From Myxococcota bacterium (lineage in GTDB: Bacteria; Myxococcota_A; Bradymonadia; UBA7976; UBA1532): 64,000 nt of DNA. The stretch lies in contig JAKLJY010000004.1 of NCBI GenBank assembly GCA_023150895.1, positions 43,605 through 107,604 of the forward strand. The letters run 5' to 3'. Below the pieces are notes generated by a model. It was not told where the DNA came from and did not search any database. It saw nothing but the letters and a program-made list of their open reading frames with translations. This document shows, in pieces, positions 37,701-46,579 of the stretch (the stretch's first letter is position 1; the number at the start of each line of letters is the position of its first letter). The position numbers were made by a program, and so were the translations under genes.

Positions 37701-40700
37701 CGGTCCTGTCCCGTGTACAGCTTCTCGAGCGCGGTCATCGCGTCGAGGCAACGGTCGTCGACGGAGAGCGCCTGCCGGTATGCGTCGATGGCGCGCTCCG
37801 GATTCCCGAGGCGGCCTTCGTAGAGTTCACCGATGCGGAGGTGGTTTTCGACGATCTGTGCCGCGTCGTAGATCACCTGCGTCTGGCGAACCAGGACGTT
37901 GATGAGGTCCTGCCAGCGTTCGCGGACGGCATACAGGCGTTCGAGCGCCTGCAGCGTACCGAGTTCGGTGTCGTCAATCGCCTGAACCTGCCGCCAGGCG
38001 TCGATGGCGGCGTCGGGACGCTCGAGGCGCTCTTCGAGGATCCGGGCCATCCGCTCGAGCGCGGCCTTGCGCTCGTCGGGCTCCGTGGAGAGCTCGGCGC
38101 GACGCTGCAGCACCGTCACGACCTCGGGCCACTTGTTGTAGCGCTCGAGGAGATTCTGGAGCGCATCGAGGGCCTTGAGATTGTCGGGCTCGATGGCCAG
38201 AACGTACTGATAGTGCGTCCCGGCGTGCTCCGGCGTCTTCAGGTAGCGATCGTAGATGCCCGCGACCCGCAGATGCAGACCGACCGAGGCCGGGACGTGC
38301 CCCATCCCGTGCAGGACGTTCTCGTAGAGGTGGACGAGGTCGGACCACTTGTCCCCGAGCCCCGCAAGCCGCTCGAGATCCCCACCGAGACGTTCATCGT
38401 CCTTGATCTCTTCGAACGCGTTGGAAAGCACGAGGAACGCGTTGTCGACGCTGTCGAGACGGGTCTCGAAGACACCCGCCGTCCGCCGGTAGAGCTCCTC
38501 GCGGTCGAACGGATCCGTCGTCGTCTCGAGGCGCTGCAGCAGCAGGCCGACGAGCTCCTCCCACTGCATGTCGGCGGCGTACAACCGCTCGAGTTCCTGG
38601 GACGCGTCGAGGTTGGTCGGCTGCAGCTCGAGGATCTGAGCGTAGGCCCGCTTCGCGCCATCGGCCTCACCGATGCGCTTCTCCCACATCTCGGCGACGC
38701 TGAAGAGGATGCTGACCTTGTCGAACGCGTCGACGGTGATGTCGGCCTTGCGATCGAGGACCTCGACACACGCGCGCCAGTTCTCCGAAGCAGTGTGAAG
38801 CGCCTCGAGCGCATCGATGGCGTCTGCATCCTGGGGGGCGAGAGAGAGCACGCTCGACCACGCGCGGACGGCGTCCTCCGGGCTCTCGAGCGCGGTCTGG
38901 TAGAGTTCGCCGAGCTGACGGTAGAGGTCGACGCGCCGCGCGTCGCTCCCCGGCAGCAGGTCGAGCAGTCGGTGATCGGCGCGCGCGAGGTCGGCAAACT
39001 CCGCCGTGCGCTCGTGCAGGCCCCGAATGGCCCACAGGGCCGCTTCATGACCGGCGTCGCGGTCGAGGACCTTGTTCCAGTTCTCCAGGGCGTTGCGCTC
39101 GCGATCGAGGTAGTCGCCCCACACGCGACCGAGCTTCGAGAACAGCTCGATCTCGCGCTCGACACCGTTGTCCGGGAGGTTGACCTGACGGTCGCAGACG
39201 TCGACGAGCTCGCGCCAGCGCTCCTGCCCCTCGTAGAGGCCCTCGAGCGCGCGCAGTGCGGTCGGGTCCTCCCCTTCCAGATCGAGGACCTTGCTCCACA
39301 GATCGATGGCGTCGTCGGGACGCTGCAGCATCTGAGACGCGATGTCGGCCATCCGGGCGAAGAGGCGCGCCTTCTCCGCGTCGCGCTCGGCGACCTCGGA
39401 CTGCCGGTTCAGAACGTCGAAGAGCGGCTCCCACTCTTCCCGTGCCTGGTAGATCTGCTCGAGGCGGGCCAACGCACCGGCATGGTGCGGTTCCTGCTCC
39501 AGGATGCCCCGGTACTGTTCGACCGCGAGGTCGAGCTCGGTCAGCCACGTCTCGTAGACCTGTCCGAGCCGGTACATGAACGCGAGCAGCAGCGGCTCGT
39601 CGTAGGTGGCACCGATCTCCCGGCGCAGAACCTCGACGAGTTCCGCCCAGCGGTGCTGCTGCACGTACAGTTCGTCGAGACCGGTGAGCGCGGCGGCATC
39701 GACCGGGTCGATCTCCAGAATGTACCGGTACATCCGCTCGGCCGACTCGTCGTCCGAGAGCCGCGTGCGGTAAAGCACGGCCATCTCGTGCGCGAGGGAC
39801 TTCAGCAGCTCCGCGTCCTGCGTCCGGTGCATGCCCTCGGTGAACGTCCGGACGAGATCGCCGTAGCGTTCCGTCGCGGCCGCAAGCCGAGAGAGTTCCT
39901 TGCGGCCCGTCTCGTCCTCCGGCGTTTCCTTGAACGAGATCGCGTACCAGTCGAAGGCGCGCTCCGGCTCGGCGAGATGCTCGATGCAGAGTTCGGCGAG
40001 ACGGTGCAGGTGCCGCGTGCGGTCATCGCCCGGCTCTTTGAACGGAAGAAGCGCCTCGAGCACGCCGTGCAGGCGGATCCAGTCCTGGCGCTCCAGGTAC
40101 AGGGGCTCGAGGATCTCGCCGATCTGCGGGCGCTCGTGTCCCGCGTCGAAGAGGCGCACCAACGCGCCGACCGCGTCCGGTTGCTCCGCCTGCTCGACCA
40201 GCACGTCCTTGAACGTATTGATCGCCGTCGGGACGTCGTCGAGCGCCGTCTCGTAGAGGCTCCCCAGGCGGAGCAGCAGCGCGATCCGCTGCGGCACCTC
40301 CGTCGCCCCCTCGACCTCGACCCGGAGGATGTCGGCCAGATCGGCCCACATGCCCTCCTTCTGATAGAGGCGGTCGAGGGCGAGGATCGCCCCCTGATGG
40401 TCGGGCTCGACCTCGCGGACGCGGCGATAGCGCTCCACGGCATCGACGTTCGACCCGAGCTCTTCCTCGTAGATCCGGGCCACCCGGAGATACAGGTCGC
40501 GAGCAATGGCGTCCGTCTGCACGTGGCCGAGGAGCTGCTCGATCAGACCGGCGAGCCGGTCGAAAGCCCCGGAGGTCCGTGCGACGCGCTCGAGCGCGGC
40601 AAAGGCCTCGAGGTGAGCGCCATCCTCTTTCACCGCTTCCGCATAGGCATCGAACGCCTGATCGGAGTCGGCGAGCATGTCCTCGAACGCTGCGCCCACC

Positions 40701-43700
40701 TGCAGATGGAGCGCGGTCCGGGCGTCCACCTCCGAGGTGACCTCGAGCAGTGAGCGCCAGCCGGCGATCAGGCGATCCCAGGCCCCGGCCTTCTCCAGAA
40801 CGGGCTGGAGGACCGCCATCGCGGCCACCGACTCGCGGTCCGTGCGAATGAGTCCTTCGAGCGCCTGCAGGCTCGGCTCGTGCCCCGGCCACTGGGCCAG
40901 AATGTCGCGATACCCTTCGATGGCGGTCGGGACCTGCTCGAGCGCCGTCTCGTACAGGTTCGCGATCCGGAAGTGCAGCGCGACCTGCGCTTCGGGCTCG
41001 CTGACCACGGCGACTTCGCGAACGAGAATGCCGCGCAGCTCTTCCCACTTCTCGAGGCGGTGATAGAGGCTGTCGAGGCACTGCAGGGCCGTGAGGTCCT
41101 GCGCGTCCCAGCCGAGGACCGTCTGGTACGTCTCGACGGCCCGGGTCAGGTCGTCGAGTTCGCGGTCGTACGCCGCGCCGATGACGTAGTAGATGTCCTT
41201 CCGGGCTGCCAGGTCCTCGGTGAGTTCGGCCTTGCGGTGCAGGATCTCGAGCAGGTCCTCCCAGCGCGCGAGCGACAGGAAGATGCGCTCCAGAGCATCG
41301 AGCGCTTTGGCATCGACCGCATCGACCTCCAGGACGGCCCGGTAGATCTCCACCGCGCGGTGCGGATCGCTGAGCATCTCCTCGAAGATGGCGCTGACCC
41401 GGAAGAGGAGATCCTTCTTCGGGAACGCCTCCTCCGTCAGCTCGGCCTTCCGCAACAGGACAGCGACGAGTTCGTTCCACTGTTCCGTCTGGAAGTAGAT
41501 GTCCTCGAGGGCGGCAATGCACTCGAGGTCGGTGTCTTCCGCGGCGTAGGCGGCCTCGTAGTGGCGCCGTGCGCCGGCAAGGTCCCGCAGGTTCCCCAGT
41601 TGTACACGCGCAACACGCTTGTGAATATCGGTCGCGACCGCCGGCTCGGAGATGTCGTCGACGAGCCCTTCGTAGACCGCGACGAGCTCGCCCCAGATCT
41701 CCAGCGCCTCCGCAATCCGGGTCAGCTCCGCCAGCGTCCGGCCGTTGCCGGGCTCGACCGCGAAGGCCCGGGCATAGCTGCGGAACGCCTCGTCCGGTGC
41801 GCCGCCCCGGTTCTGATGGAGCTCGGCGATCCGATGGAGCAACTCCACCTGCCGCTCGGCGGTGTCGGCGTGCTCACGCTGGATCTCGTAGACACCGACC
41901 AGCTTCTCCCAATCGTCGCGGCCCCGGTAGATGGGCTCGAGAATGTCGGCGATCGTCGCCTGATACTCGGGCTCTCCCAGCAGCCGTTCGAGCGCCCCGA
42001 GGGCATCGGCGTTGTCCGGCGTCTGCGTCACCACCGTCCGATAGGTCTCGATGGCCTGCGCCGCGTTCCCGAGTTCGCCCTCCTGCAAGGCACCGAGGCG
42101 GACCTGCAGGCTGATCTTCTCGGCGTCGTCGGTCGCGAGGGCCAGCTGGCGTTCGATGACCTCGCCGAGCTCGGTGAACTGGCCGAGTGCCCCGTACAGA
42201 CGATCGAGTGCTCGGAGGGCCCGGACGTTGTGCTCGTCGGCCTCGAGGATCTCGCGGTACGTAACGATGGCCTCGTTCGGATCCTCGAGCATCTCCTCGA
42301 GGAGTTGACCGATCTGGAACTGCAGCGCTTCGCGGACGTCCGGGAGCTCCGTCAGCTCGAGCTTGCGCCGATAGATCGCGAGCAGCTCCGGCCACATCTG
42401 GGCCCGGGCGTACAGGCGTTCGAGGCTCTCGATCGACGTTCGGTTGTCCGCCTCGAGATTGAGCACCCGGGTGTGCGCATCGATGGCTCGGGGCACGTCG
42501 CCGAGCCGCTCCTCGTAGACGACGGCCAGGCGGGCGAGCAGTGCCCGGGCGAGCGCGTCGTCCTTCGCGTCGGGAGTGACCTCTTCGAGCAGCGCGGCGA
42601 AATCCTGGAACTTCTGACCGACCTCGGCGAGCTCCGAGAGCCGGCCCACCGCGACGTGACTCGACGGCACCTCGCGAAGAGCGCGAGCGAATGCGTCGAA
42701 CGCTCGGTCCACGTCCGCCGTCCGCGCGGTGTGCAAGGCACCAATCCGCTCGAGGAGCTCGAAGCGCTTGACGGTCTCCGCCGTGTCCTCGAGCTCGATT
42801 TCGAGCACTCGGACGAGGGCCTCCCATTCACCCTGATCGTGGTAGATCGGCTCGAGGATCTTGGCGACCGGACCGCGGAACTCGGGGTCGATCAACAAGC
42901 CTTCGAGGGCGCTGCGCGCCTCGGCGTGTGTCGGGTTGGCCTCGAGAATGTCCCGGAACGCACCGATGGCATCGGCCGTGCGACCGAGCGCGTGCAGCTC
43001 GATGAACCCGAGCTGAAGCTTGAGGGGCAGCGGGTCCCCTTCACCGGTCACGGCGATGAGCTGCAGTTCCCGCTGCAGGACGTCATGGAGTTCCTCGAAA
43101 CGCTCGCCCTGCTGGAAGAGGCGGTGCAGCGCCGCAAGGGCGTCACGGTCGCCCTCGTCCTCGGCGACGATCGCTCGGTACTTCTCGACGGCAGAGTCCG
43201 CGTCGTCGAGTTGCTCTTCGAAGATGACCCCCTGCTTTCGCAGCAGGGCCTTGCGCGCCTCGATCCCATCCGCGAGAGCGAGCTTGCGATCGATGACGCC
43301 GAGCAGGTCATGCCAGCTCGCGAGCCGGGTATACAGGCCCTCGACCGCGTCGAGCGCCACGAGATTCTCGGGTTCGATCGAAAGGGCGTCGTGGTAGCGG
43401 GCGAGCGCGTCGTGCGTCTGCCCCATGTTCTGATCGAGAATCCGGGCCAACGCCAGCGTGATGTGCAGCTGAGCGGCGGTATCACCGGCGGCGTTCGCGA
43501 GCGCCGAGACGAGGTCGTCGTGGACGGTGGACCACTGGTGCGTCAGTCCGCCGAGGCGTTCGAGCTCGCCCTGCACCTCGACGTCCGTCGGGTGTTCCTG
43601 GAGGGCGCGTCGAACCCACTCGAACGCGGAATCGGGATTGCGAAGGTGCTGCTCGTAGATGCGCGCGCTGCGCATCATCAGCTGGCGTCGCTCCGTCGGG

Positions 43701-46423
43701 TCGGTCTCGTGCTCGAGCAGCACGTCGAGCACCGTGGCGAGTTTGCGGTACTCGTGGGCGGCTTCGTAGATGGGCTCGAGCGCGCGTGCGCCGACGACGT
43801 TCCGCGGTTCGATCTGCAGAATGCGTTCCAGCGCACGGACGGCGCGGTCCTTCTGCTCGAGCCGGGCTTCGAAGATGGTCGCCGTCCGGAAAAGGAGGTC
43901 GATCTTCGTCGCATCGTCCTTCTGAACGCCGACCTGCCCGTCGAGGAGCCGGACGAGCTCGTCCCACTTCTCCCGGACGCCGAAGTATTCGGTCAGGGCG
44001 TCCCAATCGCCGAGCTCGATGAGCGCCTTCTTGAGGCTCTCGCCGGCGCGCCGGTGCTCGGGTTCGATCGAGATGAGCTTCTGCCAGACGGCCACGCATC
44101 CTTCGCGATCGGCGAGGCGATCCTGGAGGACCATGCCGGCTTTCTGCAGCAGGTCGACACGCTCGGCCACGTCGGACACGTTGTCGACGAGGGCACCGGC
44201 GGTCTCGACCATCTTCTCCCAGTGCTTCTCCGACTCGTAGAGCCCGACGAGGGCGCGAAGGGCGTCGATGTCGCCGGGTTGAATCGCGAGAACCTGCTCC
44301 CACAGTTCGAGCGAGATCGAGGGCCGCCGGATCTTCTTGGTGGCGTTGTCCGCAATCTCCTTGTACTTGGCGGCTCGCGCCGAAGGCTCCGTTTCCGTGT
44401 CGGCCAGCTGCCGCTGCACCGCGACGAGCTTCTCCCACTCGCGGCGCTTCTCATACATGTCCTGCAGGTTCTCGATCGCCGTCCGATTGCCGGGGTCGTC
44501 GCCGAGCACCGCTTCGTACGCCTTGATCGCCTCCGCCTGGTTCCGGAACTTGTCGAGATACAGGTGGGCGATCCGGAGGTTGAGTCCGATCCGCTCGTCC
44601 GTCTCGACGGCCCCATCGACCTGCTTCTGCAAGAGCGCGACGAGATCCGGCCAGCGGCGCATCGCCTCGTACTTGTCCGCGAGGACACGAACCGCCTCGC
44701 CGTCCGACGGATCGAGCTGGAGCACCTGCCCGTACAGGTTGACGACCATCGCGTCGAGATTGAGATGCTGCGTGTAGACCGCGATCAGGGTCTTGAGCGC
44801 CTCCACCTTGCGGGCCCGATCCGAGTCGGGAATCTCCTCGACCTCGAGCTTGAGGATCTCCACATAGGCGTTCCACTTCTCGCCGGCCCGGTAGAGGCGC
44901 GCGAGCGCCTGCCGCGCGTCGCGGTCGGTCTTGTCCGCGAGGTGGACCTGGCGCCAGAACTCCGTCGCCTTGTCGGGCTCACCCGCGCGCTCCTCGGCAA
45001 GGACCGCCATTCGACGGAGGGCGTCGGTGCGGTTCGCCGGCGTATCGCCGCCGGCGGCGTCCGTGAACATCTGCTGGATGTTGCGCCACTTGCCCGTCTC
45101 GATGAGCCGCTGGATCTGCCACTCGCGGGCGCCGTGGTCGTCGCCGGCGACCTTGGCGAGTTCGCGGAGCTTCAGATCGACGAGCTTCCCTTCGTCGAGG
45201 TGAAGGCCTCCGAAGAGAATGCGTTCGCCCTGCAGCGCGTGGGCCGCAGCCGGGAACTCGGCCGCGAGCGCCTCGAGCCCTTGGGCGATGGCCGCGGCCA
45301 CCTCCCTCGGCGCCTTGAGCTTTCGGGCAACGCGCGCGTAGACCCGAACGTCCCCGGGCTGCTCGCGTACCGCCGCCAGGTAGTTCGCGGCAAACTCCGG
45401 AAATGCCCCCGCCTCGGGGGCCATGACTTCGAGCGTCGCGACCGGATCACGACCGTCCGCGGCCCGAAGGCGTGCTGTGAGGGCTGCCACATCGACGGCC
45501 GGCGTGGGGGCTGCGGGCTGCGCCGCTTCGACCGCCGGCTCGGCCGCAGGCTCGCTCGCCGCTTCGACCACCGGCTCGGCCGCAGGCTCGCTCGCCGCTT
45601 CGACCACCGGCTCGGCCGCAGCCTCGCTCGCCGCTTCGACCACCGGCTCGGCCGCAGGCTCGCTCGCCGCTTCGCCTGCTGCGGGCCCTCCGAGTTCCTC
45701 GAGCTGTTGACGCATTTCAGCGTCATCGGGACGCAGGGCGAGGTAGCGCTCGAAACACTGCCGCGCCATGTCCGTCTGGTCGAGGTCGTACAGGAGCACG
45801 TTGCCGAGTTCCTGGAAGATCTCCGCCTGACGATCGGCGTCCTCCACCGACTGGAGTTCCAGGTCGAGGAGTTGTGCGACCATCTCCCAGTTGCCGACCT
45901 GCCGGTAGATTCGACGGGCCGCATACAGGGCGCGCAGGCACCGGTGGTCGGCCTGGAACGCCGCCTGGTAACAGACCATGGCGCGTTCCTGGTCGCCGAT
46001 CTTCTCCTCGAGCACCTCTCCGAGTTCGTAGATGAGTTCCGCCCGCGCACCGACATCTTCGGTGCGCTCGACCTCGGCCTCGCCGACCTGAACCCACCCT
46101 TCCCAGTCCTCGAGCTGCCGCAGAAGGACGCGCATGCGACCGAGCACGATGAGCGGCTCGGGATCGGCACCGAGCCCCGCGTTGTAGATCTCGATCGCTC
46201 GTCGGGCGTCGCCCAGATTGCGCTCGGCGACCTCGCCGGCACGGCGCAGGAAACCCGCAGCCCGACTCGGCTCTGCCGTGTTCTGGGCGAGGTGGACATA
46301 AAGATCCACCAGCGGGGCCCACTGCTCCTCGGACGTCAGCAACGCCTCGAGCTCACGGGCCGCCGCCTCGTTTCCCGGATCCTGGACCACCACATCGAAG
46401 AGCTCGCGAACACGCTCGTTCAT
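34712..46423 (-). CDS. agmK: giant cytoplasmic TPR-repeat protein, 3903 aa (AgmK/GltI-like, gliding-motility cluster)
   Basis: Uninterrupted 11.7-kb ORF, start at MNERVRELFD (ATG 46423, preceded by a GGAAAAAGG RBS-like stretch). No signal peptide. About 45 copies of a roughly 73-aa TPR-like double repeat. In-frame 36-bp x4 tandem repeat near the N-terminus. Non-TPR C-terminal about 330 aa (K/N/Y-rich). Sits at the gltI position of a G1-like gene order. The symbol is assigned by architecture and synteny only. Confidence 0.8.
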   Translation of the reverse strand: MNERVRELFDVVVQDPGNEAAARELEALLTSEEQWAPLVDLYVHLAQNTAEPSRAAGFLRRAGEVAERNLGDARRAIEIYNAGLGADPEPLIVLGRMRVLLRQLEDWEGWVQVGEAEVERTEDVGARAELIYELGEVLEEKIGDQERAMVCYQAAFQADHRCLRALYAARRIYRQVGNWEMVAQLLDLELQSVEDADRQAEIFQELGNVLLYDLDQTDMARQCFERYLALRPDDAEMRQQLEELGGPAAGEAASEPAAEPVVEAASEAAAEPVVEAASEPAAEPVVEAASEPAAEPAVEAAQPAAPTPAVDVAALTARLRAADGRDPVATLEVMAPEAGAFPEFAANYLAAVREQPGDVRVYARVARKLKAPREVAAAIAQGLEALAAEFPAAAHALQGERILFGGLHLDEGKLVDLKLRELAKVAGDDHGAREWQIQRLIETGKWRNIQQMFTDAAGGDTPANRTDALRRMAVLAEERAGEPDKATEFWRQVHLADKTDRDARQALARLYRAGEKWNAYVEILKLEVEEIPDSDRARKVEALKTLIAVYTQHLNLDAMVVNLYGQVLQLDPSDGEAVRVLADKYEAMRRWPDLVALLQKQVDGAVETDERIGLNLRIAHLYLDKFRNQAEAIKAYEAVLGDDPGNRTAIENLQDMYEKRREWEKLVAVQRQLADTETEPSARAAKYKEIADNATKKIRRPSISLELWEQVLAIQPGDIDALRALVGLYESEKHWEKMVETAGALVDNVSDVAERVDLLQKAGMVLQDRLADREGCVAVWQKLISIEPEHRRAGESLKKALIELGDWDALTEYFGVREKWDELVRLLDGQVGVQKDDATKIDLLFRTATIFEARLEQKDRAVRALERILQIEPRNVVGARALEPIYEAAHEYRKLATVLDVLLEHETDPTERRQLMMRSARIYEQHLRNPDSAFEWVRRALQEHPTDVEVQGELERLGGLTHQWSTVHDDLVSALANAAGDTAAQLHITLALARILDQNMGQTHDALARYHDALSIEPENLVALDAVEGLYTRLASWHDLLGVIDRKLALADGIEARKALLRKQGVIFEEQLDDADSAVEKYRAIVAEDEGDRDALAALHRLFQQGERFEELHDVLQRELQLIAVTGEGDPLPLKLQLGFIELHALGRTADAIGAFRDILEANPTHAEARSALEGLLIDPEFRGPVAKILEPIYHDQGEWEALVRVLEIELEDTAETVKRFELLERIGALHTARTADVDRAFDAFARALREVPSSHVAVGRLSELAEVGQKFQDFAALLEEVTPDAKDDALARALLARLAVVYEERLGDVPRAIDAHTRVLNLEADNRTSIESLERLYARAQMWPELLAIYRRKLELTELPDVREALQFQIGQLLEEMLEDPNEAIVTYREILEADEHNVRALRALDRLYGALGQFTELGEVIERQLALATDDAEKISLQVRLGALQEGELGNAAQAIETYRTVVTQTPDNADALGALERLLGEPEYQATIADILEPIYRGRDDWEKLVGVYEIQREHADTAERQVELLHRIAELHQNRGGAPDEAFRSYARAFAVEPGNGRTLAELTRIAEALEIWGELVAVYEGLVDDISEPAVATDIHKRVARVQLGNLRDLAGARRHYEAAYAAEDTDLECIAALEDIYFQTEQWNELVAVLLRKAELTEEAFPKKDLLFRVSAIFEEMLSDPHRAVEIYRAVLEVDAVDAKALDALERIFLSLARWEDLLEILHRKAELTEDLAARKDIYYVIGAAYDRELDDLTRAVETYQTVLGWDAQDLTALQCLDSLYHRLEKWEELRGILVREVAVVSEPEAQVALHFRIANLYETALEQVPTAIEGYRDILAQWPGHEPSLQALEGLIRTDRESVAAMAVLQPVLEKAGAWDRLIAGWRSLLEVTSEVDARTALHLQVGAAFEDMLADSDQAFDAYAEAVKEDGAHLEAFAALERVARTSGAFDRLAGLIEQLLGHVQTDAIARDLYLRVARIYEEELGSNVDAVERYRRVREVEPDHQGAILALDRLYQKEGMWADLADILRVEVEGATEVPQRIALLLRLGSLYETALDDVPTAINTFKDVLVEQAEQPDAVGALVRLFDAGHERPQIGEILEPLYLERQDWIRLHGVLEALLPFKEPGDDRTRHLHRLAELCIEHLAEPERAFDWYAISFKETPEDETGRKELSRLAAATERYGDLVRTFTEGMHRTQDAELLKSLAHEMAVLYRTRLSDDESAERMYRYILEIDPVDAAALTGLDELYVQQHRWAELVEVLRREIGATYDEPLLLAFMYRLGQVYETWLTELDLAVEQYRGILEQEPHHAGALARLEQIYQAREEWEPLFDVLNRQSEVAERDAEKARLFARMADIASQMLQRPDDAIDLWSKVLDLEGEDPTALRALEGLYEGQERWRELVDVCDRQVNLPDNGVEREIELFSKLGRVWGDYLDRERNALENWNKVLDRDAGHEAALWAIRGLHERTAEFADLARADHRLLDLLPGSDARRVDLYRQLGELYQTALESPEDAVRAWSSVLSLAPQDADAIDALEALHTASENWRACVEVLDRKADITVDAFDKVSILFSVAEMWEKRIGEADGAKRAYAQILELQPTNLDASQELERLYAADMQWEELVGLLLQRLETTTDPFDREELYRRTAGVFETRLDSVDNAFLVLSNAFEEIKDDERLGGDLERLAGLGDKWSDLVHLYENVLHGMGHVPASVGLHLRVAGIYDRYLKTPEHAGTHYQYVLAIEPDNLKALDALQNLLERYNKWPEVVTVLQRRAELSTEPDERKAALERMARILEERLERPDAAIDAWRQVQAIDDTELGTLQALERLYAVRERWQDLINVLVRQTQVIYDAAQIVENHLRIGELYEGRLGNPERAIDAYRQALSVDDRCLDAMTALEKLYTGQDRWRDLLDVFEMMLNVKTEPTQQLAIYARIALIQEEELGDRTSTIDTYRKMLMVDAANVQAVRALERLYRDAGLWHDLADVYRLHLEALTDDRARVATYTQLAALYRGPLADAYAAIETLTPVLEIDSRHLATLTALGELYAQVEDWPNCIDALSREAHLLNERPLVLDRQYRVGKVYEEKVGDLDQAERWYKSALEHDPAYLPALQALKGVHEQRAEWGDVVRTLKMIEAATKSFPEKAKCLFEIGQVYEKFLGDRGAAIDYYEQSRDMHDNVEAAVPLVEVYWEDRRWERAEPLLDLIVQHKTNTSADVRELQTLNYRVGFVAEQLHKDEKALTHYKAAYELDSTHLPTLQGMGNLLFRREDWDRAFKIYQTILVHHRENLSEADVVEIFYRQGQIKLKVGERRKALDFFKKALDLEPRNEGVLRAVVDLHEKQGDWEDVIHHRRQLLALDLDANDRFQSLVTIGDILREHLRNVPKAVDAYKEALTVQSDSRLVLSKLLDLYQEARQWNEAVEILTRLAELERDPARQSKYYYTIGVIQRDELKDNFLAVRTLDKALDADAAMLKAFQAIDQILTNERDYERQDRYYRKMLKRAMESKLDDKLVITLAKGLGEINRTRLKKYDEAIKAYKIALTKSPEDLQVHTIVAELFELNEQPDKAIAEHYKMIELNPRNVESYQQVRRLFMESGRYDEAWCVCQVLSYLGHANADERAFFEKYRSKTLAQARKPLDNEQWGLIYHPELSLLLAQFFQRLYQYTVPLMAQQHKDLKLHKKKDVVEPTEQTPFNNVLNYVTQVTRLHRVEVFRIPDAGNGILSANLNPPAMMVGGDVLSGRSMQELAFICSKQLMMMGQHFYTATIDPTYERRKARLFTIVYTVMKLVNPAAEVPFKDDDLLESFRGIPAADLQEISKLIAKMSENQQQHLNLSKWLEMIEHSSNRLGFVLSNDLGAAVRCIKNEPGQFSKAPVQDRVRELVLYGLSENYFKLRKALGLAIG
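45521..45676 (-). repeat. perfect 36-bp tandem repeat x4.3 (unit cgccgcttcgaccaccggctcggccgcaggctcgct on + strand), in-frame within the giant gene
   Basis: Four near-identical copies (one with a G to C variant, first copy cac to cgc) plus a partial fifth. They encode (AASEPAAEPVVE)n in the N-terminal region of the 3903-aa protein. Confidence 0.9.
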
Positions 46424-46579
46424 CAAAGTCGCCTTTTTCCGGACGTCGCTGGATGGTCGTGGCGCTGCCACGATGATCGAATGAACCTGCACCGTTCGCC
46501 CGCCCCCGGGGGCCGAGCGCGACTCTTATAGCATCGGGCGCCCGGGCCGACAACGACCACGGGCCGGCCGGCGCGGGAC

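Noticed and set aside
45521-45676. Possible CRISPR array suggested by evenly spaced 36-bp direct repeats
   Set aside because: The repeats are directly adjacent with no spacers, lie in-frame inside a CDS, and encode a peptide repeat. This is a coding tandem repeat, not CRISPR.
34430-46531. Two long plus-strand ORFs (2107 aa and 1883 aa) antisense to the 3903-aa gene
   Set aside because: Same reasoning. They are antisense frame-shadows of a GC3-saturated gene. Their products are Arg/Leu/Val/Gly-rich with no domain-like structure.
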